Assembly (NCBI RefSeq): GCF_964213995.1
Contig: NC_135830.1
Coordinates: 13,082,001 to 13,146,000, forward strand
Origin: Mustelus asterias
Lineage: Eukaryota
DNA length: 64,000 bases
Reading direction: 5' to 3'
Below the pieces are notes generated by a model, which did no database searches, had not been told where the DNA came from, and was given only the letters and a program-made list of their open reading frames with translations. The position numbers and the translations under genes are program-made. Shown in pieces: positions 22,749 through 36,023 of the stretch. Numbering within the stretch: the stretch's first letter is position 1; every line of letters begins with the position of its first letter.

Positions 22749-24625
22749 TCTCTCTGAATGCAGATTGATCTTCAGACAGACTCAAACTTCCTCCTGTCTC
22801 CCAACATCTGTGAGTAAAACACTTTCTTTTCTCTCCCTTTCCACTTCTTTTCTCATTCTGGGGGAAATTGGGGACTTGCAGCAACTGAAGGGAAAGGAAG
22901 TGAATCCAGGGAGGCTGCAGACTCTGGAAAGGTTGGCCCAGCTCCTTCGAGCCTGTTCTGCCATTCATTACGATCATGGCTGATTGTCAAATTCAATATT
23001 GAGATCCCGCTTCACTTTCCCCACCCCATTCCCCACGACATCCATGTCTCTTGATCCCTTTAGCCCCAAGAGCTATGTTCAATTTCTTCTTGAAATCACA
23101 CAACGTTTGTCTCTCAACTACTTTTCTGTGGTAGTGAATTCCGCACATTCACCACTCTGGGTGAAGAAATTTCTCCTCACCTCATCCGAAAAGGTTCACC
23201 CCTTATCCTCAAACTATGAGCCCCAGTTCTGGACTGCCCCACCAGTGGGAACATTTCTGAATCTATCCTGTCTAATCCTGTGAATGTTTATAAATTTCTA
23301 TGAGATTCCATCTCATTTTTCTAAACTCCAATGAATATAATCCTAAACAATTTAGTCTCTCCTCATATGACAGACCTGCTATCCCAGGAACCAGCCTGGT
23401 AAACTTTCACTGGACTCCCTCTCGAGTAAGACATCTCCTTCCTCACAAAAGGAGACCAAAACCATAAAAGGATACCAAAACTGCATACAATACTCCAGGC
23501 GTAACTCAGGGGCAGTATGGTGGCACAGTGGTTAGCACTGCTGCCTCACAGTGCCAGGAACTTGGGTTTGATTCCCGGTTTGGGTCACTATCTTTGTGAA
23601 GTTTACACATTCTCCCTGTGTCTGTGTGGGGTTCCTCCATCTGCTCCAGTTTCCTCCCACGGTCCAAATATGATTGGCCCTGCTAAATTGACCTTAGTTT
23701 TGGGAAGGGATTAGCAGGGTAAATATGTGGGGTTATGGGGATAGGGCCTGGGTGGGAATGTGGTTGGTATAGACTCAATGGGCCAAATGGCCTCCTTTAG
23801 TACTGTCGGGATTCTATGAAGTCTATGTCAATTCTCTGTGGAGCTATTCCCCCCCCCCCCCCACCCCCAGCATGCCGACCCTATAGTTAAGAAAGCCCAC
23901 TAATCCTCTACTTTCTCAGAAGGCGAAGGAAATTTGGCATGTCAGTTACAACTCTCACCAACCTTTCCAGATGCACCATAGAAGGCATTCTGTCTGGCTG
24001 TATCATAACCTGGTATGGCTCCTGCTCTGTCCAAGACCGCAAGAAACTACAAAAGATCGTGAATGTAGCCCAATCCGTCACTCAAACCAGCCTCCCATGC
24101 ATTGACTCTGTCTACACTTCCCGCTGCCTCGGCAAAGCAGCCAGCATAATTAAGGACCCCATGCATCCTGGACATACTTTCTTCCACCTTCTTCCGTGGC
24201 GAAAAAAATACAAAAGTCTGAGGTCACGTACCAACAGATTCAAAAACAGTTTCTTCCCTGCTGCCATCAGATTTTTGAATGGACCTATCTTGCATTAAGT
24301 TGATCTTTCTCCACACCCTAGCTATCACTATAACATTACATGCTGCACGCTCTCATTTCCTTCTCTATGAACGGTATGCTTTGTCTGTATAGCGCGCAAG
24401 AAACAATACTTTTCATTGTATACTAATACATGTCCCAATAATAAATCAAATCAAAATATTCAATGACCCTCAGCCTCCAGTGATCCCTGTGGAAGAGAAA
24501 TACAAAGACTAATGACTCTAACGAGTGACTGGAAATATCTAAGGTAGCTCCAGTATATTAGTCTGTCTGAAGCTCAATCTGCACTCAGAGAGAGAGAGGA
24601 ACAGCAGCTTTGCTGGTCTAACAAT

Positions 24626-24830
24626 AATGTGTAGATGCCGGCGTTGGACTGGGGTGGGCACAGTAAGACGTCTCACAACACCAGGTTAAAGTCCAACAGA
24701 TTTATCTGGTAGCACGAGCTTTCGGAGCGTTGCTCCTCGACTCATCTGATGAAGGGGCAATGCTCCGAAAGCTCATGCTATCAAATAAACCTGTTGGACT
24801 TTAACCTGGTGTTGTGTGACTTCTTATTGA
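24626..24830. mobile_element. Inverted pair of Penelope terminal repeats with 10-bp TSD
   Basis: CACAACACCAGGTTAAAGTCCAACAG and its reverse complement CTGTTGGACTTTAACCTGGTGTTGTG face each other. GTCTAACAAT flanks both sides (24616-24625 and 24831-24840). Confidence 0.8.
24743..24777 (+). ncRNA. Minimal type I hammerhead ribozyme motif (Penelope-associated)
   Basis: CAT-CTGATGA-A-GGGGC-AAT-GCTCC-GAAA-GCTC-ATG: both core boxes, stem II, a palindromic short stem III and stem I (CAT/ATG). Confidence 0.65.
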
Positions 24831-26313
24831 GTCTAACAATGAGGAAATCATGCGGCCATGCACACGAGGCTCGAACTCTGATTGGTTGGAGGACCAGCGT
24901 CCATCTGGTCCTCCACGCGTTACCATTGGTCAATCTCCCGCATGTAGACAATAAGGGGGTGGAAGTGGAACCCACATGGGGGGTTGGGCGGGGCTTTGTC
25001 CGCCAGCCGCTGGTGACCAATCCGCAGTGTGCTGCTTCTGTAACCAGTGATATTGCTGCCAATGGGACACTGTGTGCGGGGAACGCCCCTCTGAGTCATT
25101 GTGACGGCACAATGGAGCCCTGCCTGATTCAGCCAATAGCAATCACTCTGCTGGACTACCCTGAGGCAGCAAGTTCAAGATCCTCATCAAACACAACCCC
25201 CTGTATCTTAACCAACTGAAACAATCCTATCCGTTAAACACATTGTTAGTCCAGTCATATAGACATATATCTGTCTGGCAGCCTGCATGGAGATTTTCAG
25301 CTCTCTGTGTCCAGGACAGGAAGTGGTGAGCATTGGAGGTGGTGGCATAGTGGTGTTGTCACAGACCCAGAGTAACGCACTGGGGACCGGGTTCAAATCC
25401 CACCACAGCAGGTGGTGAAATTTGAATTTAGGGTGACACAGTGGTACAGTGGTTAGCACTGCGGCCTCACAGCACCAGGGACCGGGGTTCAATTCCAGCC
25501 TTGGGTCTGTGTGGAGTTTGCACATTCTTCCCGTGTCTGTGGGGGTTTCCTCTGGTTGCTCCAGTTCTTCCCACAGTCCGAAGATGTGCGGGTCAGGTGG
25601 ATTGGCAATGCTAAATTGACTTTAGTGCCAGGGGATTAGCGGGGTAAATACATGGGGATAGGACCTGGGATAGTGGTCGGTGCAGATTCGGTGGGCTGAA
25701 TGGCCTCCTTCTGCACTGTGGAGATTCTATGATTCTAATTGATTCTATGATCTGTCAATCAGCACCTTCAGGAGAATTGGGAGGGTGAATATTAGATACA
25801 GCAGAGTGAGAATGGAGGGAGAGTGTGTGGGATGGAGATTCACAGGTCTTGGGGAATGAGAGAAGAAACAATATTATAGAGAAAGTAGAATTGTCCATTC
25901 TGAATTTCTATCCTGCACTGACAGTGATTATTTTTGTAAATTCCTTTCACAGGATACCAGTAGGTGAGGATTTACAGACAGAAATCTCAAACCAAGCATT
26001 AAGTCAAGATCTCTGAGTCACTCGATTCATTGGGACCTGAATGCTATCGGCCTTTAACTCTCAAAGGAGAAATGTTTCTCTCTTCTGTCTACTTCTAAAG
26101 ACTTTAAACATCAGTGTGACTGGGATGTTACTGAGAGACACACACATCCGAGTGAGAGTGTTCCATTGCACTGGCTGACCGTGGAAAGAACTTTAACCAG
26201 TTACACAGCCTGAAAGTACATCGCAGCATTCACAGCGGGGAGAGACTGTACCCGTGTTCTGTGTGAGATTTAACTGACTGTTTAACCTGGAGAGTCACAA
26301 GGACACCCGCACC

Positions 26314-27082
26314 ATGGAGAAACCGTGGAAATGTGGGGACTGTGAGAAGGGATTCAGGTTCCCATTTCAGCTGGAAATTCATCAACGCAGTCACACTGGG
26401 GAGAGACCGTTCACCTGCTCTGTGTGTGGGAAGGGATTCACTCAGTTATCCAGGCTGCGCGCACACAATCTCACTCACACCCAGGAGAGACCCTTTAAAT
26501 GCCCTGACTGTGGGAGTGGTTTCAAAAGCACTGCAGAACTTGTAACCCACCAGCGCATTCACACTGGGGAGAGACCGTTCAACTGCTCTCACTGCACAAA
26601 GGGATTTAAAAGGTTATACACTCTATATACAGCTGGAAACTCATCAGCGCAGTCACAGTGGGGAGAGACCATTCACCTGCTCTGAGTGTGGAAAGGGATT
26701 CGTTCTGTCATCCCACCTACTTACACATCAGCGAGTTCACACTGGGGAGAGACCTTTTAAATGCTCTGACTGTTGGAAGTGCTTCAAAAGTTCTGGTGAA
26801 CTGATGTCCCATCAACGTGTTCACACTGATGAGAGACCATTCAGGTGCCTTTACTGTGGGACTGGGTTCAGGCATTCACATCACCTCACTGTACACCAGC
26901 GCATCCACACTGGGGAGAGACCATTCACCTGCTCCGAATGTGGGAAGGGATTCATTCAGTCTTCCAGCCTGCTGAGACACCAGCGCACTCACACCGGGGA
27001 GAGACCATTCATCTGCTCCGAGTGTGGGAAGGGATTCACTCAGTCATTCCATCTGCTTAAACACCAAAGAATTCACCAGTAA
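26314..27082 (+). pseudogene. C2H2 zinc-finger gene, 9 fingers, frameshifted in finger 4
   Basis: Tandem C-x2-C-x12-H-x3-H fingers with HTGERPF linkers. A 10-nt insertion (26620-26629, ACTCTATATA) shifts from ORF 26314-26685 into the frame of ORF 26804-27082. Acceptor TTTCACAG at ~25951, and decayed fingers at 26060-26310. Confidence 0.9.
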
Positions 27083-27289
27083 CCACAATAATTGGAATCT
27101 ACTGTCAATACTATCCAGGACTCTAATATGTTAATTGGGTTTGTTTTTGTTGATGTTAATGAACTCCAGTCAGTTATGTGGTTTAATATTCTGAAAGTCA
27201 AATAAATTAGCTATGTGTTCAGTACTGTGAATCTTTTTAACATCATCAGCACAACTGAATTCCTTCTGAGTTGCTCTCCTTTTGTCCCT

Positions 27290-27730
27290 CATCCAGCTTC
27301 ACTTCCCCACAAGTGCTCATTGGGAATAAAACTCACAATCTTCTTTGTCACTAAGTTTGAGACAATCCAATCAGCTGTCTCTACTGCTTCTCTCCTTCCC
27401 CTAACCCACTGGAACAAACCTCCTCTAACGCTGCCCTTTGTCTGAGCTCTGAACTCTCATCTTTCTGCAGTTTCTCTCCTGCCTCCCCTCATGTCCTCTT
27501 AGAGCTCATCTTGCCCATGAGACCCATCTCCTGATCCCTCAATCCTATTCCCACTGAGCTACTGACAGCACAACTTCTCCATATCAGCTGATATTGTCAA
27601 TAGCTCCCTCTCCTCCAAATCCAATATCGTCACCCACTTCTCTATAAAATATCCTTGACACATGCCCTGTAAACTACCATCCCATCTCCCTTTCCTCTCT
27701 AAAGTCCTTGAATGTTTACCTTCGACATAT
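27290..27730 (+). mobile_element. Degenerate L2-type LINE fragment
   Basis: Pyrimidine-rich decayed coding sequence (FFVTKFETIQSA..., PFLSKVLE) typical of the L2 ORF2 pre-RT region. Confidence 0.5.
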
Positions 27731-28806
27731 TGCGAATTGTTTTCCCTTTCTCACAGTGTATGGAAAAGTTTATTTTGCTTGTTCAGAATCTGTGGAATCT
27801 TGTGCCTTTATTCACTTAAGTGTCTTAAATATCCACCTTTATCACTTTTGTACAAACTCACCCAAATCTGAAAGCAGTTTAGTGGGAATTGGGTGAAGAG
27901 AACAGAAGGTGAGTCTCCTGGACACGATGAGCTGCCAAGAGGAGATGGAATGTTGCAATCCCAGCTGATGTTACTATTGGACAGGACGGTCCAAGAATAA
28001 AACCCTGGCTCAAGTGACCATAACTTTTATCATTTTGTTTCAGAAATGTGGATGAACAGAGTCACTGAATGGCCAATTTACTTTTAACAAAAATATTTAT
28101 TAAACTTGAAAAGGTTGACAAAAACACAAGACTCCTTCATTCCACCCTCCTCCTGCTGCAGTGAACACACAGACACAGTGAGCGAGCTCCCTCTTGTGCT
28201 GTGAGGTCTCTATCTGGGAGACCATTGATTTCTCAGACGATGAAAGGATCTTATTGAAGAATTGTGCTGCTGTATTTTTCTTGTTGCTATTATTTTTTAT
28301 TGGAATATACTTTAATGCAGATGAACCAATTCACAGACTCAATAACAATCTCAGAAACAGCAACAAGAAAACTTGCAGGCACACACATTTACAGACACAG
28401 GGAAACTCACAAATACATATGCAGATATATACTATCTCAGACAAACAGCGACAGGCAAACTGTCAGACACACACAAACACGTTCACAGATGCATGCAGAC
28501 AAACAGAGACACACAGACATACACACTATCACACACTCACAAACACAGAGACAGACTGAGACCATGAAGAGTTGGTGTCAATCTCACCCTAATCCACCTG
28601 CTTAAATAATAACACCTGCACTAAAATAGTAACAGAAGCAAATCTGAAGCTTGGTGTGTGGGTTTTATTGTGAAATGAGCTAAATTATAAATATATCCCC
28701 ATAGCTTTGAGTTGGAGTGGAATTAATGATTAATCTGCTGCCTGCGATCGCCTTCAACAAATATTAAATCATAGAGATTATAAATTTTGAACAGCAATAT
28801 CTAATA

Positions 28807-31800
28807 AAAGAACAAAGAATAATACAGCACAGGAACAGGCCCTTCGGCCCTCCAAGCCCACGCCGCTCCCTGGTCTAAACTAGACCATTCTTTTGTATCC
28901 CTCCATTCCCACTCCATTCATGTGGCTGTCTAGATAAGTCTGAAATGTTCCCAGTGTGTCCGCCTCCACCACCTTGCCCGGCATTCCAGGCCCCCATCAC
29001 CCTCTGTGTAAAATACGTCCTTCTGATATCCGTGTTAAACCTCCCCCCCATCACCTTGAACCTATGACCCCTTGTGAATGTCACCACTGACCTGGGAAAA
29101 AGCTTCCCACCGTTCACCCTATCTATGCCTTTCATAATTTTATACACCTCTATTAGGTCACCCCTCATCCTCGGTCTTTCCAGTGAGAACAACCCCAGTT
29201 TACCCAATCTCTCCTCATAACTAAGCCGTTCCATACCAGGCAACATCCTGGTAAACCTCCTCTGCACTCTCTCTAAAGCCTCCACGTCCTTCTGGTAGTG
29301 TGGCGACCAGAACTGGGCGCAGTATTCCAAATGCGGCCGAACCAACGTTCTATACAACTGCAACATCAGACCCCAACTTTTATACTCTATGCCCCGTCCT
29401 ATAAAGGCAAGCATGCCATATGCCTTATTCACCACCTTCTCCACTTGTGACGGCACCTTCAAGGATCTGTGGACTTGCACACCTAGGTCCCTCTGCATAT
29501 CTACACCCTTTATGGTTCTGCCATTTATCTTACAGCTCCCCCCTATGTTAGTTCCTCCAAAATGCATCACTTCGCATTTATCTGGATTGAACTCCATCTG
29601 CCATTTCTTTGCCCAAATTTCCAGCCTAACTATATCCTTCTGTAGCCTCTGACAATGCTCCTCACTATCTGCAAGTCCAACCATTTTCGTGTCATCCGCA
29701 AACTTACTGATCACCCCAGTTACACCTTCTTCCAGATCGTTTATATAAATCACAAACAGCAGAGGTCCCAATACAGAGCCCTGCGGAACACCACTAGTCA
29801 CAGGCATCAAGCCAGAAAAAGACCCTTCCACTACCACCCTCTGTCTTCTGTGACCAAGCCAGTTCTCCACCCATCTAGCCACCTCCCCCTTTATCCCATG
29901 AGATCCAACCTTTTGCACCAACCTACCATGAGGGACTTTGTCAAATGCTTTACTAAAGCCCATACAGACGACATCCACGGCCCTTCCCTCATCAACCATT
30001 CTAGTCACTTCTTCAAAAAACTCCACCAGGTTAGTGATGCATGACCTCCCTCTCACAAAACCATGCTGACTATCATTAATGAGTTTATTCCTTTCTAAAT
30101 GCGCATACATCCTATCTCTAAGAATCCTCTCCAACAACTTCCCCACCACGGACGTCAAGCTCACCGGCCTATAATTTCCCGGGTTATCCTTCCTACCCTT
30201 CTTAAATAATGGGACCACATTAGCTATCCTCCAATCCTCTGGGACCTCACCTGTGTCCACTGACGAGACAAAGATTTGCGTCAGAGGCCCAGCGATTTCA
30301 TCTCTCGTCTCCCTGAGCAGCCTGGGATAGATTCCATCAGGCCCTGGGGATTTGTCAGTCATTATATTCCCTAAAAAACCTAACACTTCCTCCCTTGTAA
30401 TGGAGATTTTCTCTAACGGGTCAACACTCCCCTCCGAGACACTCCCAGTCAACACATCCCTCTCCTTTGTGAATACCGATGCAATGTATTCATTTAGGAT
30501 CTCCCCTACTTCTTTGGGCTCCAAGCATAATTCCCCACTTTTGTCCCTGAGAGGTCCGATTTTTTCCCTGCCAACCCTTTTGTTCCTAACGTATGAATAA
30601 AATGCCTTGGGATTCTCCTTAATCCTGTCTGCCAAGGACGTTTCGTGACCCCTTTTTGCCCTTCTAATTCCTCGTTTGAGTTCTTTCCTACTTTCTTTGT
30701 ACTCCTCCAGAGCTCCCTCCGTTTTTAGCTGCCTGGACCTAACGTACACCACTCTTTTCTTCATGACCAATCGCTCAATTTCCCTGGTTATCCACGGTTC
30801 TCGAATCCTACCCTTCCTATCCTTCTTTTTTACAGGCACATGCCTATCCTGCAGCCCTAACAACTGTTCCTTAAAAAACTCCCACATGCCAGATGTGGAT
30901 TTACCCTCAAACAGCCTCTCCCAATCAACATCTGCCAAATTCTGCCTAATCCCACTAAAGTTAGCCTTCCCCCAATCCAACACCTTACCCTTGGGACACC
31001 ACTCATCCTTTTCCATCTCTATCCTGAAGCTAACAGAATTGTGGTCACTATTTGCCACATGTTCCCCTACCGAAACTTTGAAGACCTGACCAGGCTCATT
31101 CCCCAGTACCAGGTCCAGTATACCCCCCTCTCTCGTCGGGCTATCTACATATTGTTCCAAAGAACCTTCCTGTACGCATTTTACAAATGCCTCCCCATTC
31201 TGACTCCCAGCCCTACGCGATTTCCAGTCTATACCAGGGAAATTGAAGTCTCCCACTACAGCAACCCTATTTTTCCTGCACCTATCCATTATCTCCTGAC
31301 ATATCCGTTCTTCCACTTCCCTTGGGCTGTTGGGGGGCCTGTAGTATACCCCCAACATAGTGACTGCGCCCTTCCTGTTTCTGAGCTCCACCCACAGTGA
31401 CTCATTACACGACCCCTCTGAATTGTCCTCCCTCTGCACCGCTGTAATATGCTCTCTAATACTGCTACTCCCCCACCTCTTTTGGCCCCTCCACTGTCTC
31501 ACCTAAAACACTTGTACCCTGGAATATTCAGCTGCCAGTCCTGCCCCTCTTTCAACCAAGTCTCTGTCACCGCAAAAACATCCAAATTCCTCGTAAGCAT
31601 TAAGGCCCTAAGTTCGTCTGTCTTACATGCGACGCTCCTTGCATTGAAGTAGATGCACTCCAGACCTCCAGGCCCAGTGAGGTCATCCTCCCCCAGAGTG
31701 CTCTTCTTCTTTGCCAGCCTTGTCCTGGCCCCAAGCTCGTCCCCAGCCTCTACACTTGTAGACCTAATTTTTTGATCCCCACCCCCCCTGCCATATTAGT

Positions 31801-31840
31801 TTAAACCCACCCGAACTGCACTAGCAAAACTCCCAGCCAG
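28807..31840 (-). mobile_element. CR1 LINE, near-complete ORF2 (APE + RT), young
   Basis: 875-aa ORF 28875-31502 (GVYYRPP, VGDFN, SDH, KSPGPDG, SGVPQGS, FADD). The N-terminal IYFNARS..TETW part (~31500-31660) is separated by a stop and frameshift. End of ORF1 near 31800. 3' tail (TTCTTTG)n at 28807. Confidence 0.95.
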
Positions 31841-32214
31841 TCTCGCACGCTATCTTCCTGGCTCACCGGTCTAATCGAGCGGCGAGTCAAGCCGGTAAGA
31901 TCGCCCCCTGTATCTTTCTTTCACACTCAGACTGAACTAATCAGCCTTATTCTTGAGGCAGATTTCACAGAATATAATGTCCTCTCGCTGATCAAAATGA
32001 AAGAAGAAATTCTTAGTTTAAACAATTCCTGCTCGCTACACAGGTTCCACAAGCATTGAGGTGAATACAGTGTGGTAACAACAAAATGACAACAATACAT
32101 TCAGTAACAACACAAACTTAATTTAAACTTCATCTTTTTTTTGTTATATTCCTCAACCTAATTGTTTTAATTTGATCAGTTTTTGTTAGGGATGGGTAAC
32201 TTCTGTTCTTTATA

Positions 32215-32640
32215 AAATCTCCATCCCACACACTCTCCCTCCATTCTCACTCCGCTGTATCGAATGTTCACCCTCCCAATTCTCATGAAGGTGCTGATTG
32301 AGGCTGATTGACAGATCCATGCTCACTGCTTCCTGTCCTGGACACAGAGAGCTGAAAATCTCCATGCAGGCTGCCAGACAGATAAATGTCTCCATTACTG
32401 GAGTAAAAATGTGTGGAATGTACAGACTGGATTCACTTCATTCCCTTCAGTTGCTGCAAGTCCCCAATTTTCCCCAGAATGAGAAAATAAATTGAAAGGG
32501 GGAGAAAAGAAAGTATTTTACTCACAGATATTAGAGAGAGCAGGAAGATTTTGTCTGACTGCATCTCCATGTTCATTCACAAAACGCCCGCACTCTGATT
32601 GACTGGAGAACCAGAGTCCTTCCGGTCCTCCAACTCTTTC
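32215..32640 (-). other. Orphan 5' module (first exons) of a zinc-finger gene
   Basis: Reverse-complement homology to 22749-22930 (…ATCT/GTGAGTAAA donor and following intron) and to 25255-25335 plus 25750-25840 (CTGCATGGAGATTTTCAGCTCTCTGTGTCCAGGACAGGAAG…GAGAATTGGGAGG/GTGAA). No finger exon follows. Confidence 0.75.
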
Positions 32641-32900
32641 AATTGGTCAACACTTCAGCATGAGTGTCGTGGGGGGGGGGGGAGGAGGAGGAGGTGAGAT
32701 CTCTTTGCACATGCGCAGCTTCCCCTCTCCTCTGGACATGCGCAGCCCAATGTGGCCCGCCCGCGTGGTGGATAGAGCGGTTTCTCCATCGTGGGCGATT
32801 GTGGGAGCTGCGGCCGCCATTACTCATCCGGAGCCCAGTCGCTAAACTCCTGGGACTGTGATGGAAAGTGGGAGTGGGGGGCGCAGTGACCCCACCCTGA
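32600..32900. promoter_or_regulatory. Putative CpG-rich bidirectional promoter
   Basis: Two NRF1-like ACATGCGCAG sites (~32709, ~32736) and a YY1-like GCCGCCATT (~32813). It lies between a leftward first exon and a rightward donor CAG/GTGAGT at ~33016. Confidence 0.55.
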
Positions 32901-35900
32901 CACAAAGTACATGTGGGGAGTCACTGGATTGGATTGGGATGTCCCTTTTACAAAACAGTTTGTTAACTTCAGGTGGAAAGATTTAGACACTTGGGTGACA
33001 TTGGGGAAGGCAGCAGGTGAGTGTGAAACTGATCCCGAGAGTCAGCACCTTCAGGGGAGGAGAACTGGGGAAAAAGGTGGAGGATAGTGTTACAATCAAT
33101 CGTATCAATAGGCCTGCATGAGTTTCCTCCAGGTGCTCATGTTTCCTCCCACAGTCTGAAAGACATGCTGATTAGGTGCATTGACCCGAACAGGCACCGG
33201 ATGGTGGCAATTAGGGGAATTTCACAGTAACTTCATTGCAGTGTTAATGTAAGCCTTACTTGTGACTTATAAATAAACTTTACTTTAGGAAGGAGGAAGT
33301 CTGTGGGGACAGAGATTTATAGTTTGAGATGAAGAAGGATTTTGTGTGACATGTATTTACCCCATTAATTCCCCCAACCCATACACTAAGAGGCAATTTG
33401 CCATGGCCAATCCACCTAACCTGCACATCTTTGGAGTGTGGGATGAAATTGGAGCACTCTGAGCAAACTCATGCAGACACAGGGAGAACGTGCAAACTCC
33501 ACACAGAGAGCTGTGGCACAGTGGTTAGCACTGCTACCTCAGAGTGCCAGGGATCCGGTTCAATTCCGGTCTTGGGTGACTGTGTGGAGTTTGCACGTTC
33601 TCTCTGTAGCTGCATGGGTTTCCTCTGGGTGCTCAGGTTTCCTCCCACAGTCCGAAAGACATGCTGCTTAGCTGCATTGGCCGTGCTAAATTCTCCTTCA
33701 GTGCACCTGAACAGGCGCCAAGCGTGACGACTAGGGGATTTTCACAGTAACTTCATTGCAGTGTTAATGTAAGCTTCCTTGGAACACCTGAGGCCAGAAT
33801 TGAACTCAGGTCCCTGGCGCTGCTGATCACTGTGCCACTTTGCTGCCTGTGTTTTGAGAAATCGTATTAAAATCTGGAACTCAGATGGGGATATGGATTG
33901 GTGTTAAGTGGGAAAGTCTGGATCAATGCATTACTCCAGAGAGCCAGGAATCAGATTTACAGAATGGATTCCTGTAATAGCAGCAATCCCATTGCTATAC
34001 GTTGGTCAGACTGAGGAAAGTATTTAAACTGGACACCACAGGTGTGTTAAAGGATAACGTACTCATGGAATTTATGAACTATCTGAAAGAATATTGAGAG
34101 CAAAGAAATCAATCTGGAAAATTGTAGTCACTTCACGTTGTTCCAGGAGAAGTGGGATTAGGTTGTGTAGATGTCAGGTTTTACACAGCACACAGTCAGC
34201 CTGTGGTTTCACCCTGGATGAAGAATCTCTGAATTGTACCATTCAAATTACTCAATGGGTTTATCAGGGGCCAGAATGTCTGCTCAGAAAGAGGAAGGTT
34301 GGTGTGAAACCAATGAGAAGTAACACAGACACTCACAGACACCCTCACACACACACTCACAGACACCCTTACACAGACACTCACAGACACCCTCACACAC
34401 ACAGAGACTCTCAGATGCCTCAAAATATCTCCTGTTACTTTATTCTTAGTTTTTTTGAAATAAATCCTGAATGAGGTATAAAATCACACACAAATACTTC
34501 ATAGAAATCATAGAAACCCTACAGTGCAGAAGGAGGCCATTCGGCCCATCGAGTCTGCACCGACCACAATCCCACCCAGGCCCTACCCCCACATATTTTA
34601 CCCGCTAATCCCTCTAACCTATGCATCTCAGGACTCTAAGGGGCAGTTTTTAACCGGCCAATCAACCTAACCCGCATATCTTTGGACACTTGTTGAGCTT
34701 CCCCTGAAAGACATCGATACTGTTCATTTCACTCCCTGTGGTCATGATTTCCATATTCTCACCATTCTTTGGGTGGAGAAATTTATCTTGGATTTCCTAT
34801 TGGGTTTCTTGGCGACTGTCTTGTATTGATGGTCTCCAGTTTTGCTCTTCTGCACAAGAGGAAACATTATTTCAAACTATTTTATAATTTTGAAGCCCTC
34901 TATTAGGTTCCCCCTCAGCCTTAATTTTTCAAGAAAGCGTGAGCGTGTCAATCCTTTCCTGATGGATAACCAAACACACAGTTTAAAAATCATTTATGGG
35001 ATGTGGACATCGCGAGCTTGGCCAGCATTTATTGCTAACCTCTGATTGACCTTGAGAAGGTGATGGTGAGCTGTTTTCTACATTTCTGATATCATCATTA
35101 AAAATCATCTCTGTACCCTTCTCCAGTGCCGAGATATCTTTTTTATAATACGGTGACCAGAATGGCATGCAGTGGTCGGTAAGATTCTTGATCAGGGAGT
35201 CACAGGTTATCCAAAAGTGGTTTGAGCTTATCCATGGTTTTAAATCAGAATATTAAGAAGCAACAATTTAAAAATGATGCATTGTAAACGGGGGGAAAAA
35301 AACAGAAGACCCATGGCAGGTGACTAACTGGGGTCTCAGCACTGATCCTGCATTACCCCAATAATCACTGCCTGCCAGTTGGAAAAAGACCTGTTTAATC
35401 TTACTCTATTTCCTGTCTGCCAACAGGTTTTCGATCTCAATACATTCGCCCCAATCCCATGTGCTTCAATTTTTGTGAAGAAGTTGCTGTGTTGGTGGAC
35501 GAGGGGAATCGGGTTCACATTTTCTATCTCAGGGCATAATCATCAACAACTTGTATTTACACAGAGTGTTGTGGGACTGGAGGAGGTTACTGAGATACTG
35601 AGGAACTTTTTAAAATTCATTTTTACTGGATATAGGCGTCACTGGCTGGGCCAGCATTTCTTGCCCATCTCTAACTGCCCTCCATTTCAGAGGGCATTTG
35701 AGAGTCAACCACATTGCTGTGGGTCTGGAGTCACATGTAGGCCAGACCAAGTAAGGATGGCAGGTTTCCTTCCCGAAAGGACATGACTGAACCAGAGTGG
35801 TTTTGACAACGATCAACAATGGTTAAGGTTTGTCATTAGACTTTTAATTCGAGATTTTAATTGAATACAAATTTCACCATTGCCTGTGGTGGGATTCGAA

Positions 35901-36023
35901 CCTGGGTCCCCAGAGCCTTACCCTGAGTCCAGTGATAATTCCACTGTGCCACTGCCTCCCCTATTGATCCAATTGTTATTGTTTATCTCAGGGCGCAGAA
36001 ACAACAGAATCCAACTTTGCCGG

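Noticed and set aside
32210-32395. KRAB or other named effector domain in the conserved exon-2 module (MEIFSSLCPGQEAVSMDL…)
   Set aside because: No KRAB signature, and the apparent donor phase does not join the finger-exon frame. The 25255 copy is interrupted by SINEs, which is consistent with UTR.
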